Positions 20,899-31,878 of a stretch of 64,000 nt of DNA are shown piece by piece; within the stretch, counting starts at the first letter, position 1, and each line of letters starts with the position of its first letter. The stretch comes from Acidobacteriota bacterium (GTDB lineage Bacteria > Acidobacteriota > UBA6911). The translations under genes were made by a program, and so were the position numbers. Below the pieces are notes generated by a model that saw only the letters and a program-made list of their open reading frames with translations, was not told the origin of the DNA and did no database searches. The DNA is taken from positions 5,536,001 through 5,600,000 of the forward strand of contig OY761556.1 of the NCBI GenBank assembly GCA_963664705.1. Direction: 5' to 3'.

Positions 20899-21813
20899 AT
20901 GAGCACATTTAACCCAAACCAGCAAAAGCCTGCTGTTCAGGAAAAGCCCCTTATCCCTGAGGCAGTCAAGCTTGTCCTTATTGTTGTTCTGCTTCTGGCA
21001 GTTGTATACCTTTTCTATGATGCGTCCCAGCAGAAGAAAGCCACCCAGGCTCAGCTGGCGAAGATCAGTGACCAGATTCAGACTCTCGAGAGCACGCGCA
21101 AGATGGGGGAAGCGTCTCTTACAAGCCAGATTACTAATTTGAAGACAGACATTGCCGGCACGCAGGAGGCAGTGGGAACTACCAAGGCAGAAATATCGAA
21201 GACCGCTGCTCGCATCACGGCAGAGGGACAAAAGACCAAAAGCGAACTATCTCAGGCCATAGCCACCAAGGCGGATACCTCCCAGGTAGATGCCAAGGTT
21301 CAAGCCGCAAAAACTGAAGCCGAAAATAAAATCGGCCAGGTCAATACCGAGGTAGGCGGAGTTAAAACCCAGGTTACCCAGGTCAAAACAGACTTGGAAA
21401 GCACTCGTCGAGACCTGGAAGGAACACAGCGCCAGTTGGTCGACGTGCGCGACACATTGAGTGCCGCCGTTGCCAAGAATTCATCAGAGCTTTCCCAACT
21501 GCGGTTGAAGGGTGAACGTGATTATTTCGAGTTCACGCTTCCCAAAAAGAATGAGCCTACCAAGGTTGAGGATATCCGCCTGGTCCTGACGAACGCGGAT
21601 CAGAAGAAGGGAAAGGTCAGCATCAAGATTCTGGTGGATGACAGCGCTCTTGAGAAGAAAGATCGCAGCATCAACGAGCCAATCCAGTTCCTGGTGGGAC
21701 AGCATCGTATCCGATATGAAGTTGTCATTAACTGGGTCCAGAAGAATAAAGCCGGGGGATATCTCAGCATTCCTAAAGACAAAGCCCTTTCGGCCGAACG
21801 CTCGGGCAAGTAG
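20899..21813 (+). CDS. Hypothetical membrane-anchored coiled-coil protein
   Basis: One TM segment, long heptad region, beta-rich C-terminal domain (GERDYFEFTL...); SD AGGAGG. Confidence 0.75.
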   Translation: MSTFNPNQQKPAVQEKPLIPEAVKLVLIVVLLLAVVYLFYDASQQKKATQAQLAKISDQIQTLESTRKMGEASLTSQITNLKTDIAGTQEAVGTTKAEISKTAARITAEGQKTKSELSQAIATKADTSQVDAKVQAAKTEAENKIGQVNTEVGGVKTQVTQVKTDLESTRRDLEGTQRQLVDVRDTLSAAVAKNSSELSQLRLKGERDYFEFTLPKKNEPTKVEDIRLVLTNADQKKGKVSIKILVDDSALEKKDRSINEPIQFLVGQHRIRYEVVINWVQKNKAGGYLSIPKDKALSAERSGK

Positions 21814-21840
21814 GATAAAGATTTTCGCAATTTGAAATGA

Positions 21841-21884
21841 AAGCGCCACGGATTTCACTAATTTCGTGAAATTCGTGGCGTTTT
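21841..21884. terminator. Stem-loop (terminator or REP-like)
   Basis: GCGCCACGGATTTCAC-TAATTTC-GTGAAATTCGTGGCGTTTT. Confidence 0.6.
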
Positions 21885-21913
21885 TTGTTATGCATGATGC
21901 TCCAAAAGTACAC

Positions 21914-24900
21914 ATGAGCAAAGACGCCCGATTTGTCCTGATCTGTCTGCTGATTTGTGCTGTCAGCCTTTTCATCGGAGCCTCCTGGTTTTACCGCGCC
22001 TTTCCGGAAGCTTCGATTGATTTCAAGGTCGACAGGCTTTCCTCCCAACCGCTCGCCGAGAAGTTTCTGGCTTCCCAGGGAATGGATACGGCCGGATATC
22101 TCCATGCCTCCTCGTTCCAGTATGACAATGCGTCGAAGGTTTTCCTCGAACGCGAGCTGGGGCTGAAGCAGGCCAACCTCCTGATGGGAAAGGATGTGAA
22201 ACTCTGGCGCTGGGGCCATCGCTGGTTCAAGCCGAAACAGAAGGAGGAGTTTCGTGCCGAAATCACCACCTCCGGCCAGATTGCCTCCTTTGCACATATC
22301 CTTCCTGAGGATGCTTCCGGCCTGGAGTTGACGCCCGATGCGGCCCGCTCTCTTGCCGAGTCCTTCCTGGTCCTCGAAATAGGAATTCCCGCCGACGAGC
22401 TTGAATATCTCGATGTCCATTCCGAAAAGTTGGCTCGCCGCACGGATCACATCCTTACCTGGAAGATTGCGGGCATAGCTTTGAAACAGGGAAGCTACCG
22501 CGTCAGCGTCACCGTTCAAGGAGATCAAATCGGCGCCTACCGGGAATATGTCAAAATTCCGGAGGAATGGGCTCGCAGTTATGCGCGCCTGCGATCATTG
22601 AATGAGTCTGCCAGCCAGTTCGATCTCACCTTCATGGCGCTCCTGGCCGTAGGCCTGGTCATTACTTTCGGGAAGCAGGTGCAGATCGGAAATATCCGTT
22701 GGAAGACCGCGCTCGGGTTTGGTCTCATTTGCCTGGTTCTGCAGTTCCTCTCATCATTGAATGAGTTTCCGGTTGCGCAATATGGATTCGATACGGCTTC
22801 TACCTACAGCTCCTTTGTCAGCCGACAGGTTTTGGTCGCATTCCTGAATGCTCTCGTTTACGCGGCTGCCATTTTCGGATTGACCGCCGGGGCGGAGCCG
22901 GTTTATCGCAGATTTTTTCCCGGTCAATTGTCTATCTCGAGGATGTTTTCCTGGCAGGCTATTCGCACACGAAGCTTCCTGCGCGGCTCGCTTGCCGGAA
23001 TAACTTTGACGTTTTTCTTTTTCGCCTATGAGATCGGCTTTTACCTGCTCGCCAATAGGTTCGGAGCATGGGCACCTGCGGATGTGCCGTATTCCGATCT
23101 TCTGAATACTCGGTTTCCCTGGGTTTTCGTTCTGCTCGGGGGCTTTTTCCCGGCAGTTTCCGAGGAGTGGATGTTCCGCGTATTCTCCGTTCCATTCCTG
23201 CAAAATCTGCTGCGCCGCCGCTGGCTTGCTGTGCTCCTGGCTTCATTTGTTTGGGGATTCGGTCATGCCAACTACCCGAATCAGCCTTTTTTCATCCGCG
23301 GCATCGAAGTTGGCATCGTTGGGCTGATATTGAGTTGGGCGATGTTCCGATTCGGGATACTGGCTCCCCTGATTGCCCATTACAGCATTGATGCCTTTTA
23401 TGCTGCCTTTCTGCTGCTGCGATCCGGGAATGCCTATCTGGTTACATCCGGTGCGATAACGGCCGGCATCAACCTGCTGCCCCTTCTGATTGCTGTCGGA
23501 GCCTATGCGTGGACCCGGAAATTCCGCGACGAGGCTGCCGTCTTGAATGGGTCGGATCAAGAAGCTCTCCCCATGTCCTCGGAGAAGAGGGAGGAAACGA
23601 CGCCTGTTCCGTTCTACCATCATCTGAGCCGCGCACGCATTATTCCGGCAATAGCGCTCCTGGTGGTAGGCGTAATCCTGATTGCATTCCGCGCCCCCCG
23701 TTTTGCAAACGGCGTCTGCTTCCGGATTCCCGCGTCCCAGGCCGTGCATTCAGCCAGATCCTTTCTTTCCAAAACCGGCTTCAAAATCGAGGGCTATGAG
23801 ACGGCTGCACTGCCGACAACGCGCATGGATTCCGCTCAATCCCAGTATTTGTATTCGCAGCGCGGAATCATGGGACTCAACTCCATTTACAATACACAGA
23901 TCGTGCCGATGGTGTGGCAGACGCGCTTTTATAGGCCCCTCCAGCGCGAAGAATACCGGGTCATGATTAATCCCGCGGATGGAGAGGTCGCGGCTTTTGA
24001 TCACTTTATTTCAGAGGAAGATCCGGGAGCGAATCTCCCCGTGAATAAGGCACAGCAGATTGCCGGGTCGTTCCTTTCGGCCCAGGGGTACGACCTTTCC
24101 CGCTATCGGCTGAAAGAAACGGCTTCGGACTATCACCCCCACCGAAGAGATACGGCGTTTGTCTGGGAAGCGCGCGACCAGACGTCCGGCGCGGTTGCGG
24201 ATGCAAGAGTTCGGCTCGAGGCCGCCGTCTATGGCGATAAGCCCGGTTCCTGGAATCAGTTTCTCAAAATACCCGAGGAATGGAGACGAGCGCGGCAGGG
24301 CAAGACCACACTCAGCACGGTTGTATTGGCCGTTCGTATCGTTTTTATTTTTTCCATGGTCATACTGGCGACCGGCTGCCTCGTGAAAGGGGTGCGCACC
24401 GGATGGGTGCGCTGGCGAATCGCCGGCAGAATAGCCGCTGCCGCGATGGCGCTGGAACTCCTCAATACTCTGAATGAATGGCCCGCACTCCGATTTCAAT
24501 ATGATACCCAGATGGATGCGATCGTGTATTTTGCCACCGCGCTGGCGCAGGAAGCCTTGTTGTTGATTGGCATTGGCCTGGCGGCAGCCATCGCTTCAGC
24601 GCTTGTGATGGCCTGCTATCCCGCGGCCCCAATCACATTGCAGAAGGCTGGAAGGGTTGCCTGGGGCCGGGATGTTGCCATTTGCGTTGCAGCGACTCTG
24701 GGCGGATATTTCTCTCTGCAATGGCTGGTATCCTGGATGCAGTATCACCTCTATCCCTTTATGGCTGCGCCGTCTATATCGATTCCCGCAGGATTAGGGG
24801 CCTATGTTCCTGCAATATCCGCATTGCGGACGGTTGCACTGAGCGCACTGTTTTTCAGTACGGTCGTGGCATTTGCCATCAGTGTGTGGACACGGCTCAG

Positions 24901-25237
24901 AGGACACCTGTTCTGGAGATCGATCTTGCTGGTCGCGATGATCGTTAGCCTGGTTCCGACATCCGCCCGCGGATTCCAGGAGGCGGCCGCCCAGGCAATT
25001 CCCTCACTGCTGCTTGTGACGATTACCTGTTTCATGGCCGCCGTCTTCCTCCGAGGCAATTGCCTGGCGTACCCGGCATGCGCAGCAGCTGTTTCGCTTG
25101 CGATGATTTCTCTCACGAGCCTGAACCGCGGGAACCTCCATCTGATTCTTCAAAACGGACTCTTGTGGATCCTGATGTTTGCAGGCCTGGCTCTTTTAGG
25201 GATGCACTCCGGTCAAAAAGCTCGAAAGACTCTCTGA
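21914..25237 (+). CDS. Large CPBP (CAAX/Abi) intramembrane metalloprotease with internally duplicated architecture
   Basis: SEEWMFR, WGFGHANY and IAHYSID CPBP motifs in the first half; duplicated extracytoplasmic module (...KIPEEW twice). Confidence 0.85.
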   Translation: MSKDARFVLICLLICAVSLFIGASWFYRAFPEASIDFKVDRLSSQPLAEKFLASQGMDTAGYLHASSFQYDNASKVFLERELGLKQANLLMGKDVKLWRWGHRWFKPKQKEEFRAEITTSGQIASFAHILPEDASGLELTPDAARSLAESFLVLEIGIPADELEYLDVHSEKLARRTDHILTWKIAGIALKQGSYRVSVTVQGDQIGAYREYVKIPEEWARSYARLRSLNESASQFDLTFMALLAVGLVITFGKQVQIGNIRWKTALGFGLICLVLQFLSSLNEFPVAQYGFDTASTYSSFVSRQVLVAFLNALVYAAAIFGLTAGAEPVYRRFFPGQLSISRMFSWQAIRTRSFLRGSLAGITLTFFFFAYEIGFYLLANRFGAWAPADVPYSDLLNTRFPWVFVLLGGFFPAVSEEWMFRVFSVPFLQNLLRRRWLAVLLASFVWGFGHANYPNQPFFIRGIEVGIVGLILSWAMFRFGILAPLIAHYSIDAFYAAFLLLRSGNAYLVTSGAITAGINLLPLLIAVGAYAWTRKFRDEAAVLNGSDQEALPMSSEKREETTPVPFYHHLSRARIIPAIALLVVGVILIAFRAPRFANGVCFRIPASQAVHSARSFLSKTGFKIEGYETAALPTTRMDSAQSQYLYSQRGIMGLNSIYNTQIVPMVWQTRFYRPLQREEYRVMINPADGEVAAFDHFISEEDPGANLPVNKAQQIAGSFLSAQGYDLSRYRLKETASDYHPHRRDTAFVWEARDQTSGAVADARVRLEAAVYGDKPGSWNQFLKIPEEWRRARQGKTTLSTVVLAVRIVFIFSMVILATGCLVKGVRTGWVRWRIAGRIAAAAMALELLNTLNEWPALRFQYDTQMDAIVYFATALAQEALLLIGIGLAAAIASALVMACYPAAPITLQKAGRVAWGRDVAICVAATLGGYFSLQWLVSWMQYHLYPFMAAPSISIPAGLGAYVPAISALRTVALSALFFSTVVAFAISVWTRLRGHLFWRSILLVAMIVSLVPTSARGFQEAAAQAIPSLLLVTITCFMAAVFLRGNCLAYPACAAAVSLAMISLTSLNRGNLHLILQNGLLWILMFAGLALLGMHSGQKARKTL

Positions 25238-25257
25238 GAGTCGAGGCGCGACTGAAA

Positions 25258-26970
25258 ATGATTCGAAGAAACTTCGCCGGCTTCGTCATCCTCGCCGCGT
25301 ACCTGTTGTGTATTTTTGTCGCCAACCCGTCCGGCGAATTCCCGTTAAATGATGATTGGAGTTATACGCGATCCGCATTTGCTCTCGGTGCCGGGCAGGG
25401 GCTCAAGATAGATCCATGGTCGGCTCCAAGCCTGGTGGGACAGGTTCTTTATGGGGGATTGCTCACAAAGCTCTTCTCGCAGCGCTTCCTTGTATTGCGC
25501 GCATCAACGCTCGCGCTTTCCTGCTGCACGGCTCTTCTCTTGTGGGCGATTTTCCGGAGGGCCGGATTCGGACGGAGATTCGCCTCGCTCTTTCTCCTTT
25601 GCTGGATTTTTAATCCATTCCAGTTCAGCCTGTCCTTTACCTACATGACGGAGATCCCGTTTCTATTCTTTATTGCCCTTGCGCTGTATCTGTACACGAT
25701 CCATCTGGATACCGGGAATCCCTACTGGCTTCTGCTGAGCACTGCTGCGTTGGGCTATGCGTTTCTGATCCGGCAGACCGCGCTGTTTTTTATACTGGGG
25801 CTGTTCTGCAGTCTGCTGCTGGACCGGAATAAGACGATCTGGGTCCGGGTGCGCCAGGCTGTGCCGCTTGTCCTTACCGCCGGAATATTCATCCTGGGTT
25901 ATGCCGTTGGGTCCCACTCCAGTGTCGGAGCGACCGTGGCAGTACAAAGGAAATTTGATCTTCTGGGGCATCTTCGGATCCGGCAATTTCTGGGCAACAG
26001 CTATGGCATGCTGTTTTATCTTGCCTTTATGCTGCTCCCGATCTGGATTTTACTGGTTCCGCATCTCCGACACATGATGGGTGGTCTTGCCCGCATACAA
26101 AGAATGGCAATTCCTGCCGTCAGCTGCGTGATTGTCGCCACCGGGCTCTGGTGGTTCCACGCAAGCTATAAACCGGCCGAATACATTCCGGCAACAAGCT
26201 ATCACGCAAGAATGCCATTTCTGCTGAACGTGTTGTACGACACCGGATTGGGACCACTCACCCTGGATCCTGACTATTTTGCTTCTCCGCCCATGCCCTC
26301 TTATCCCTGGTTGTGGTACGGGATCACCGGATTGGTTGCCGCAGGAGCCATCGCGTTTTTGATGTTCGCTTTTTTCGCCATTTTCAAAATGCGCGCAAGA
26401 AGATCTTCCCGGCAGGGGTGGCCGCTCTTCGTGTTTGCCGGAATATCCTTTCTTCTTCTGATGCCCTTTGAAATTGTATTCAGTCATCTCCAGGAGGGAG
26501 GACTCTTCGACCGGCACATCCTCATTGTCGCATTTCCGCTGATGCTGATCGCAGGTCTAGTCTCCGCTGCGGAGGCAACCACGGAAGACCGCAGCAGGAA
26601 GATATATGCCGGAACATGGGCCGCGATTGTATTGCTGGGTGTATTCTCTGTAGCGGCAACGCACGATTATATGCAATGGAACCGCATCCGCTGGCAGATG
26701 GGGCGGCAGCTCCTCCGCCAGGGCATTGATCCGCTTTCCATTGTAGGCGGATTCGAATTCAACGCCTGGAACAACTATGATACCTATGTGGCCAGGGGGC
26801 GCACCGCCCAGGTCAGCCACTGGTGGTATGATCGGCGGGACTACATTATTACTATGATTCCGATGGACGGGTATGAGATCCGGCAGACCCAATCCTTTTA
26901 CTCATGGGTGCATCGGCGCCCGATCGCAATTTATCTGATTGCAGATTCAAAACTCGCGACCTCGCCTTGA
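25258..26970 (+). CDS. GT-C fold (ArnT/PMT-like, GT39) membrane glycosyltransferase
   Basis: FPLNDDWSY loop, MTEIPF, many TM helices; start at ATG 25258. Confidence 0.75.
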   Translation: MIRRNFAGFVILAAYLLCIFVANPSGEFPLNDDWSYTRSAFALGAGQGLKIDPWSAPSLVGQVLYGGLLTKLFSQRFLVLRASTLALSCCTALLLWAIFRRAGFGRRFASLFLLCWIFNPFQFSLSFTYMTEIPFLFFIALALYLYTIHLDTGNPYWLLLSTAALGYAFLIRQTALFFILGLFCSLLLDRNKTIWVRVRQAVPLVLTAGIFILGYAVGSHSSVGATVAVQRKFDLLGHLRIRQFLGNSYGMLFYLAFMLLPIWILLVPHLRHMMGGLARIQRMAIPAVSCVIVATGLWWFHASYKPAEYIPATSYHARMPFLLNVLYDTGLGPLTLDPDYFASPPMPSYPWLWYGITGLVAAGAIAFLMFAFFAIFKMRARRSSRQGWPLFVFAGISFLLLMPFEIVFSHLQEGGLFDRHILIVAFPLMLIAGLVSAAEATTEDRSRKIYAGTWAAIVLLGVFSVAATHDYMQWNRIRWQMGRQLLRQGIDPLSIVGGFEFNAWNNYDTYVARGRTAQVSHWWYDRRDYIITMIPMDGYEIRQTQSFYSWVHRRPIAIYLIADSKLATSP

Positions 26971-27017
26971 TCGGAGATCATGAATCCTGATCTGCAATCC
27001 GGCCTCCGAGTCTGACC

Positions 27018-28985
27018 TCAAGCTTTCGCCATATCGCGCATGAACATCAGAAACAACTGCACATCCTTGAACAAATTCAGCGCTACTTTGCCGGGCCGGA
27101 AAAGGAACGATCGCGGGCGCCGCGTCCGTCTCCAGAACACCTGCAGATCGGCGCGGGTATAGGTGAGACGCTTGGCCATTCGAAAATTGAAGTCGCTGAA
27201 CGCGAGTGAAATCTTGGAGGGGACGCGCAGTTCCGGCGAATAGATATGGGCGCGAATATGCGCCATCTGCAATTCCGCCGCATGAAGATTTCGATTCAAT
27301 TCCTTTCGCAGTCTCTTTATCTCCGCCACGAGCCTGATTTCGCCATCACTTCGTTTGCGCGTCTGCAGCCAGAGTTCTTCCATTTCCATCAGGAGCGCAA
27401 CCCAATTGCGCAGCAGGCTCCGGACTTCGCGATAACGCCGAATGGCGTGTTTCAGCCTCGATTCCGCGATGAATCCCGATCTCCTGTCCGTTCGATCCTT
27501 TAGCCGGAAGAAGCCGTGCAGCATGGGGTGTCCGTCCTCAATGAGCGCAGAGTTTTTGTACCAGATGAAGTTGAGGAAGATATTCCAGTAGTTTTCCGGA
27601 TTGGATCGCAGCAGAACATCCCTCATGTAGGCGAATGAGTAAAAATTCCGCCATGCCTCCCGGTAGGACGCGGCCAGTTCTCCGGGAGCAAAATTCGGAT
27701 GGCGGATGGTTTCATGAAAGGAATCGTAGTCATTCAGGTCCGCATGCATGGGTTTGCCGCTCTCTACCATGCGCACATGGTCGTGCGATCCCGGCAAAGG
27801 CGTCAGCATAAAGAAGGACGCCTGTTCCACGCCCAGTTCATCCTGAAGCCGCTTTACGTCCGCCCGTATCGATTCGGGCGTATCGAACGGAAAGCCGAAA
27901 ATATAGGCCACATGGGTTGCAATTTTTGCGTTGTGCCACGCGGCAACCAGATCTTTGTAATCCTGCACGTGGTTCTGCATTTTGCCGGCGGCCTTCAGGT
28001 TCTGTGGATTGATGCTTTCCATCCCGATGAATACCTGCGTACAGCCGGCGCGTGCCGCCGTGCTGATGAAGTCGGGTATCCTGTGTGATTGCGTGTCCAC
28101 CTGTATCATGAACTGAATCGGGATATGCTCTTCTTCCCGGAGCTTTACAAGCATTTCAAAAATCTCCGGCCAGCATCGGTTGCGCGCAAAATTATCATCG
28201 GTGAAGAAGTAAAAGTTGATGCGGTGAACGCGGTAATTCTCGCGGAGCGTATCCACCAGCATCTGTGGTGACCGGACGCGCATCTCCCGTCCCTGGACAT
28301 TGATGATCGTGCAGAAGCTGCAGTTGAATGGGCAGCCGCGGCTGCAGTCGATCGTGCCGAAATTCGTGGTGATGAATCGATGCAGGTATGCCTTGTCGAC
28401 AATCGGAATCGGCTTCATGTACAAATCCGGCTTGCGGTCGAGGAAGTCATAGACGGGCTGAAGGCGATCGTTGCAGGCATCGCGGAGAATCTCTCCCCAG
28501 GTTTCCTCGACCTCGCCCTTCACAACCGTTACCCCGATATCGATCAATGCCTGTATTTCCGGAGTGATCCCCTGTGCAAGCGCCAGGGTGCCGCTGACGT
28601 GAAACCCGCCGATCAGAACCTGCAATCCCCCGTCTCGAAACCGCTTTGCCAGATCAGCGGCGCGGGGAAATTGATTCGACTGCACGCCGGCCAGGGCTAT
28701 AATCGTCCGCTGCTTCGGCAACCGGTGTGATCGTATGATTTTTCTGACCGGAATTTTTTCGACCGTATCGTCGAACAGTGCCACTCGAAGCTGAATGTCC
28801 GGCCCGAGAAACTCACGTTCAGCGAGATCCCGCGTCAGGCTGGACAGGCAGGCAAGTGTGTTGCTTGGAAGCACTCCTCGAAAATGGCGCAGCACATAGC
28901 CATCGTCGTCATATTTGGAGGGTTTGATCAGAACAACCTGAACCTGCTTCCGCCTTGAAGAAGGTACTGCAGAATGTGCTCTCAC
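27018..28985 (-). CDS. B12-binding radical SAM protein
   Basis: SRGCPFNCSFC, N-terminal cobalamin-binding-like region (IGGFHVS, GEVE), TDDNF. Confidence 0.9.
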   Translation of the reverse strand: MRAHSAVPSSRRKQVQVVLIKPSKYDDDGYVLRHFRGVLPSNTLACLSSLTRDLAEREFLGPDIQLRVALFDDTVEKIPVRKIIRSHRLPKQRTIIALAGVQSNQFPRAADLAKRFRDGGLQVLIGGFHVSGTLALAQGITPEIQALIDIGVTVVKGEVEETWGEILRDACNDRLQPVYDFLDRKPDLYMKPIPIVDKAYLHRFITTNFGTIDCSRGCPFNCSFCTIINVQGREMRVRSPQMLVDTLRENYRVHRINFYFFTDDNFARNRCWPEIFEMLVKLREEEHIPIQFMIQVDTQSHRIPDFISTAARAGCTQVFIGMESINPQNLKAAGKMQNHVQDYKDLVAAWHNAKIATHVAYIFGFPFDTPESIRADVKRLQDELGVEQASFFMLTPLPGSHDHVRMVESGKPMHADLNDYDSFHETIRHPNFAPGELAASYREAWRNFYSFAYMRDVLLRSNPENYWNIFLNFIWYKNSALIEDGHPMLHGFFRLKDRTDRRSGFIAESRLKHAIRRYREVRSLLRNWVALLMEMEELWLQTRKRSDGEIRLVAEIKRLRKELNRNLHAAELQMAHIRAHIYSPELRVPSKISLAFSDFNFRMAKRLTYTRADLQVFWRRTRRPRSFLFRPGKVALNLFKDVQLFLMFMRDMAKA

Positions 28986-29155
28986 GGTAGTTTACATCCT
29001 CAAACAAAAAACTAACTTGATCGTGGAGGATGTTAGAACCTGCAGAGCGCGCATTCAACCTCGCTGGGTTCCCTTTTACAGAGCTTTTACACTAAAATGT
29101 CTACCCGGGAACGCTGGCGTTCCCAGCAAATCTGTCGGGGGGCTTATTGGCAAAA

Positions 29156-31330
29156 ATGAGAATATTGATATTGCTTGCCGGGTGCGTCATTTTGTTTGGG
29201 ATTTCGGTGCGTGGGACGGAACAGCCTCGGTCTCCGCTGACTCTGGAGACAATTTTTGGCGGAGGTCTTTATGAGCCAGTTCCCGCCGAATTGCGCTGGT
29301 CTCCCGATGGATACCGGGTTGCCTATTTTCTTACCGATAGTGGTGAGGAACGATCGCTCTGGATCCTGGATGTTCGCACCGGAGAAAAATCCAGGGCGCT
29401 TTCATCCGAACAGATTCAGAAATTTCTTCCGGACGAAACCTCTCTCAGCGAGCGCGCACGCGCGGCCCGTAACCGGTATGGAACTCCCTCTTATTCCTGG
29501 GCTCCGGATGGGGCAAGACTTCTTCTGGCCGGCTCCGGACGATTGTTTGTCTACAATCTCGATGCCGGTTCCGTTGTACAACTGGCCCCGTCAAAATCCG
29601 ATGCTCTCGACGCGAAGTTTTCTCCCGACGGGAAGTGGGTCTCCTTTATCTGCAATCATGACATCTGGGTGGCTCCCGGTTCCGGCGGCGAAGGGAAGCA
29701 GTTGACCTTTGGCGGCAGCGATCTTCTTTTGCACGGTGTCCCGGATTGGGTTTATGAGGAAGAGTTCGATCTCCATTCGGCTTATGAGTGGGCGCCCGAT
29801 TCCCGGCACATCGGATTCCTGGAGCTCGATGAAACTCCTGTTCCGGCATATCCGCTTGTCGAACAGCTGAGCCTGCAGGCGACAGTCGAAATGCAGCGGT
29901 ATCCCAAAGCCGGTGACCCGAGTCCGAAGGCAAGGGTAGGCATCGTGGCTGTGGATACGGCACGCACCGTCTGGAGCGAGGGCGGAGCCGAGTATATCCC
30001 GCGCCTTCGCTGGGCAGACAGCCGGGGCCTGGTCCTGCAGCTGCTGAATCGCGCACAGAACCGCCTGGAGTTGATGGAAGTCGATGCTGAAAACGGACGC
30101 GGGCAGACGATCCTGATCGAGCAGGATCCCAATTGGCTGGATATTGGAGACACTCCGAAATTTTTGGCTGGAGGAAAAAGATTCCTGTGGTTGTCCAGCC
30201 GCACCGGTTACCAGCACCTTTACCTGTATGAGAGGAATGGCACCCTCCTACGCCCGATTACCAGGGGGGATTGGGTTGCATACGAAATAGCGGAAGTGGA
30301 TGAGGCCGGCGGCTGGATCTATTATGTCTCAAATCAGGCGGAAACGATCGGGCGGGATCTCTACCGCATTCGCCTGGATGGTTCCGGCGGCGAGCGCGTG
30401 TCGAAGCTGCCCGGAACGCACCAGGTCAACATGAATCCACAGGGCACTGCCTATGTTGATTCCTTTTCCTCCCTGGTGAGAAAGCAGGAAATCCACGTAT
30501 GCGATCTGGTTGCGCATCGTGAGAAGGAACTGTTTCTTCCGAAACCGCTGGATGCATTCGATCTCGTTCCCCCGGAGATTTCCGAACGGATTACGCCGGA
30601 TGGCGCTACCGTCCGGCTGCTGCTGTATAAGCCGAAAAACATGACTGCCGGCAGGAAGTATCCCGCGCTGGTCTATGTGTATGGCATGCCGGGTACTCCG
30701 ACCATCCAGGATGCATGGCCGGGGAATCGGGGGCTTTTCCACCAGTTTCTTGTTCAGCAGGGATTTGTTGTTGCCCAGATTGATGACCGGACCTCATCGA
30801 TTCCGGGACACAAATATGCGGTTGCGGGACATCACCGCGTCGGCCCGGTGGCCGCCGCGGATCATGCTTTTGCCGTACAATATCTCAAGTCTTTGCCATA
30901 CATCGATGGATCGGCCCTTGGCATCTGGGGATGGAGCGGTGGCGGTTTTACAACCGCGTACGATATGACCCACACGGACCTTTTCAAAGCCGGCGTTGCC
31001 GGTGCTCCCGTTACCGACTGGCGTCTCTATGATTCGGTATATACCGAGCGCTACATGGGACTGCCGTCCGAAGTTCCCGATGATTACAGCCGGACGTCCA
31101 CGGTAGCGGCTGCTGCGGAATTAAGGGGAAGGCTGTTGTTGATCTATGGAACGCTGGACGACAATGTACATCCGCAGAACACCGTTCAGCTTGCCAACGC
31201 CCTCATCCGGGCCAGGAAACAGTTCGATCTGATGGAATATCCCAACAAGACACACGGGATCACCGGGACGTCCGAAAACATTCACCTCTATACGATGATT
31301 TACGAATTTCTGGAGAGACATCTGCGGTAG
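29156..31330 (+). CDS. S9 family dipeptidyl-peptidase IV
   Basis: DWVYEEE, GWSGGG, DDNVH and C-terminal HGI catalytic triad. Confidence 0.93.
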   Translation: MRILILLAGCVILFGISVRGTEQPRSPLTLETIFGGGLYEPVPAELRWSPDGYRVAYFLTDSGEERSLWILDVRTGEKSRALSSEQIQKFLPDETSLSERARAARNRYGTPSYSWAPDGARLLLAGSGRLFVYNLDAGSVVQLAPSKSDALDAKFSPDGKWVSFICNHDIWVAPGSGGEGKQLTFGGSDLLLHGVPDWVYEEEFDLHSAYEWAPDSRHIGFLELDETPVPAYPLVEQLSLQATVEMQRYPKAGDPSPKARVGIVAVDTARTVWSEGGAEYIPRLRWADSRGLVLQLLNRAQNRLELMEVDAENGRGQTILIEQDPNWLDIGDTPKFLAGGKRFLWLSSRTGYQHLYLYERNGTLLRPITRGDWVAYEIAEVDEAGGWIYYVSNQAETIGRDLYRIRLDGSGGERVSKLPGTHQVNMNPQGTAYVDSFSSLVRKQEIHVCDLVAHREKELFLPKPLDAFDLVPPEISERITPDGATVRLLLYKPKNMTAGRKYPALVYVYGMPGTPTIQDAWPGNRGLFHQFLVQQGFVVAQIDDRTSSIPGHKYAVAGHHRVGPVAAADHAFAVQYLKSLPYIDGSALGIWGWSGGGFTTAYDMTHTDLFKAGVAGAPVTDWRLYDSVYTERYMGLPSEVPDDYSRTSTVAAAAELRGRLLLIYGTLDDNVHPQNTVQLANALIRARKQFDLMEYPNKTHGITGTSENIHLYTMIYEFLERHLR

Positions 31331-31384
31331 CCCGCAGAGGCGCATTTTAGTTGCCCGGTTTGCGTCAATGCGCGGTTCCCGATC

Positions 31385-31480
31385 TGTAAGGGCCGGAGGC
31401 CCGATAGCAAATAGCCAGGGATGAGCGCAACGAACCCCTGGAACTCGATTGCAGATTGAACGAGCCCCAGCGGGGCGAAA
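31385..31480. repeat. REP-like palindromic element between convergent genes
   Basis: GGGCCGGAGGCCC, CCAGGG...CCCTGG and GCCCCAGCGGGGC hairpins in series. Confidence 0.5.
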
Positions 31481-31506
31481 GAAAGCACTTACGACCCTCC
31501 CGGTGA

Positions 31507-31872
31507 TTATTCTTCCGCGATGTAGGAAACGCTGTCTTTCCGGAGAAAGAGGCGTGGGCCGTGGGCGGAAAGCCCAAGGCTGAAGCAATGCCGATCGTAG
31601 TAGCGAACGCGCCCTTCCAATCGCTCGCCGGTTTTCAATACAACCGTTACCTTGGCTCGCGAGTCTACCAGGGATTTCAGATATTCCGATTCGGAACCGG
31701 TGTTTTCGAGATCGATCTGATTATGCATCCCCGGCTCGCGGTCTTCCTCTTCAAAGTAACTCTCTTGATGCCGGTTTCGATTGTGGTGAGGACTGAAATG
31801 GGGCGCCCTGTTACCGTCGTGGTCCCGGTTTCTGTCTCTGTTTTTGAATGGTTGTCGTCTGGAAAAATCCAT
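31507..31872 (-). CDS. Hfq/Sm-like RNA chaperone with N-terminal extension
   Basis: Sm-fold-like segment ESEYLKSLVDSRAKVTVVLKTGERLEGRVRYYD...LFLRKDSVSYI. Confidence 0.65.
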   Translation of the reverse strand: MDFSRRQPFKNRDRNRDHDGNRAPHFSPHHNRNRHQESYFEEEDREPGMHNQIDLENTGSESEYLKSLVDSRAKVTVVLKTGERLEGRVRYYDRHCFSLGLSAHGPRLFLRKDSVSYIAEE

Positions 31873-31878
31873 ACTTGA

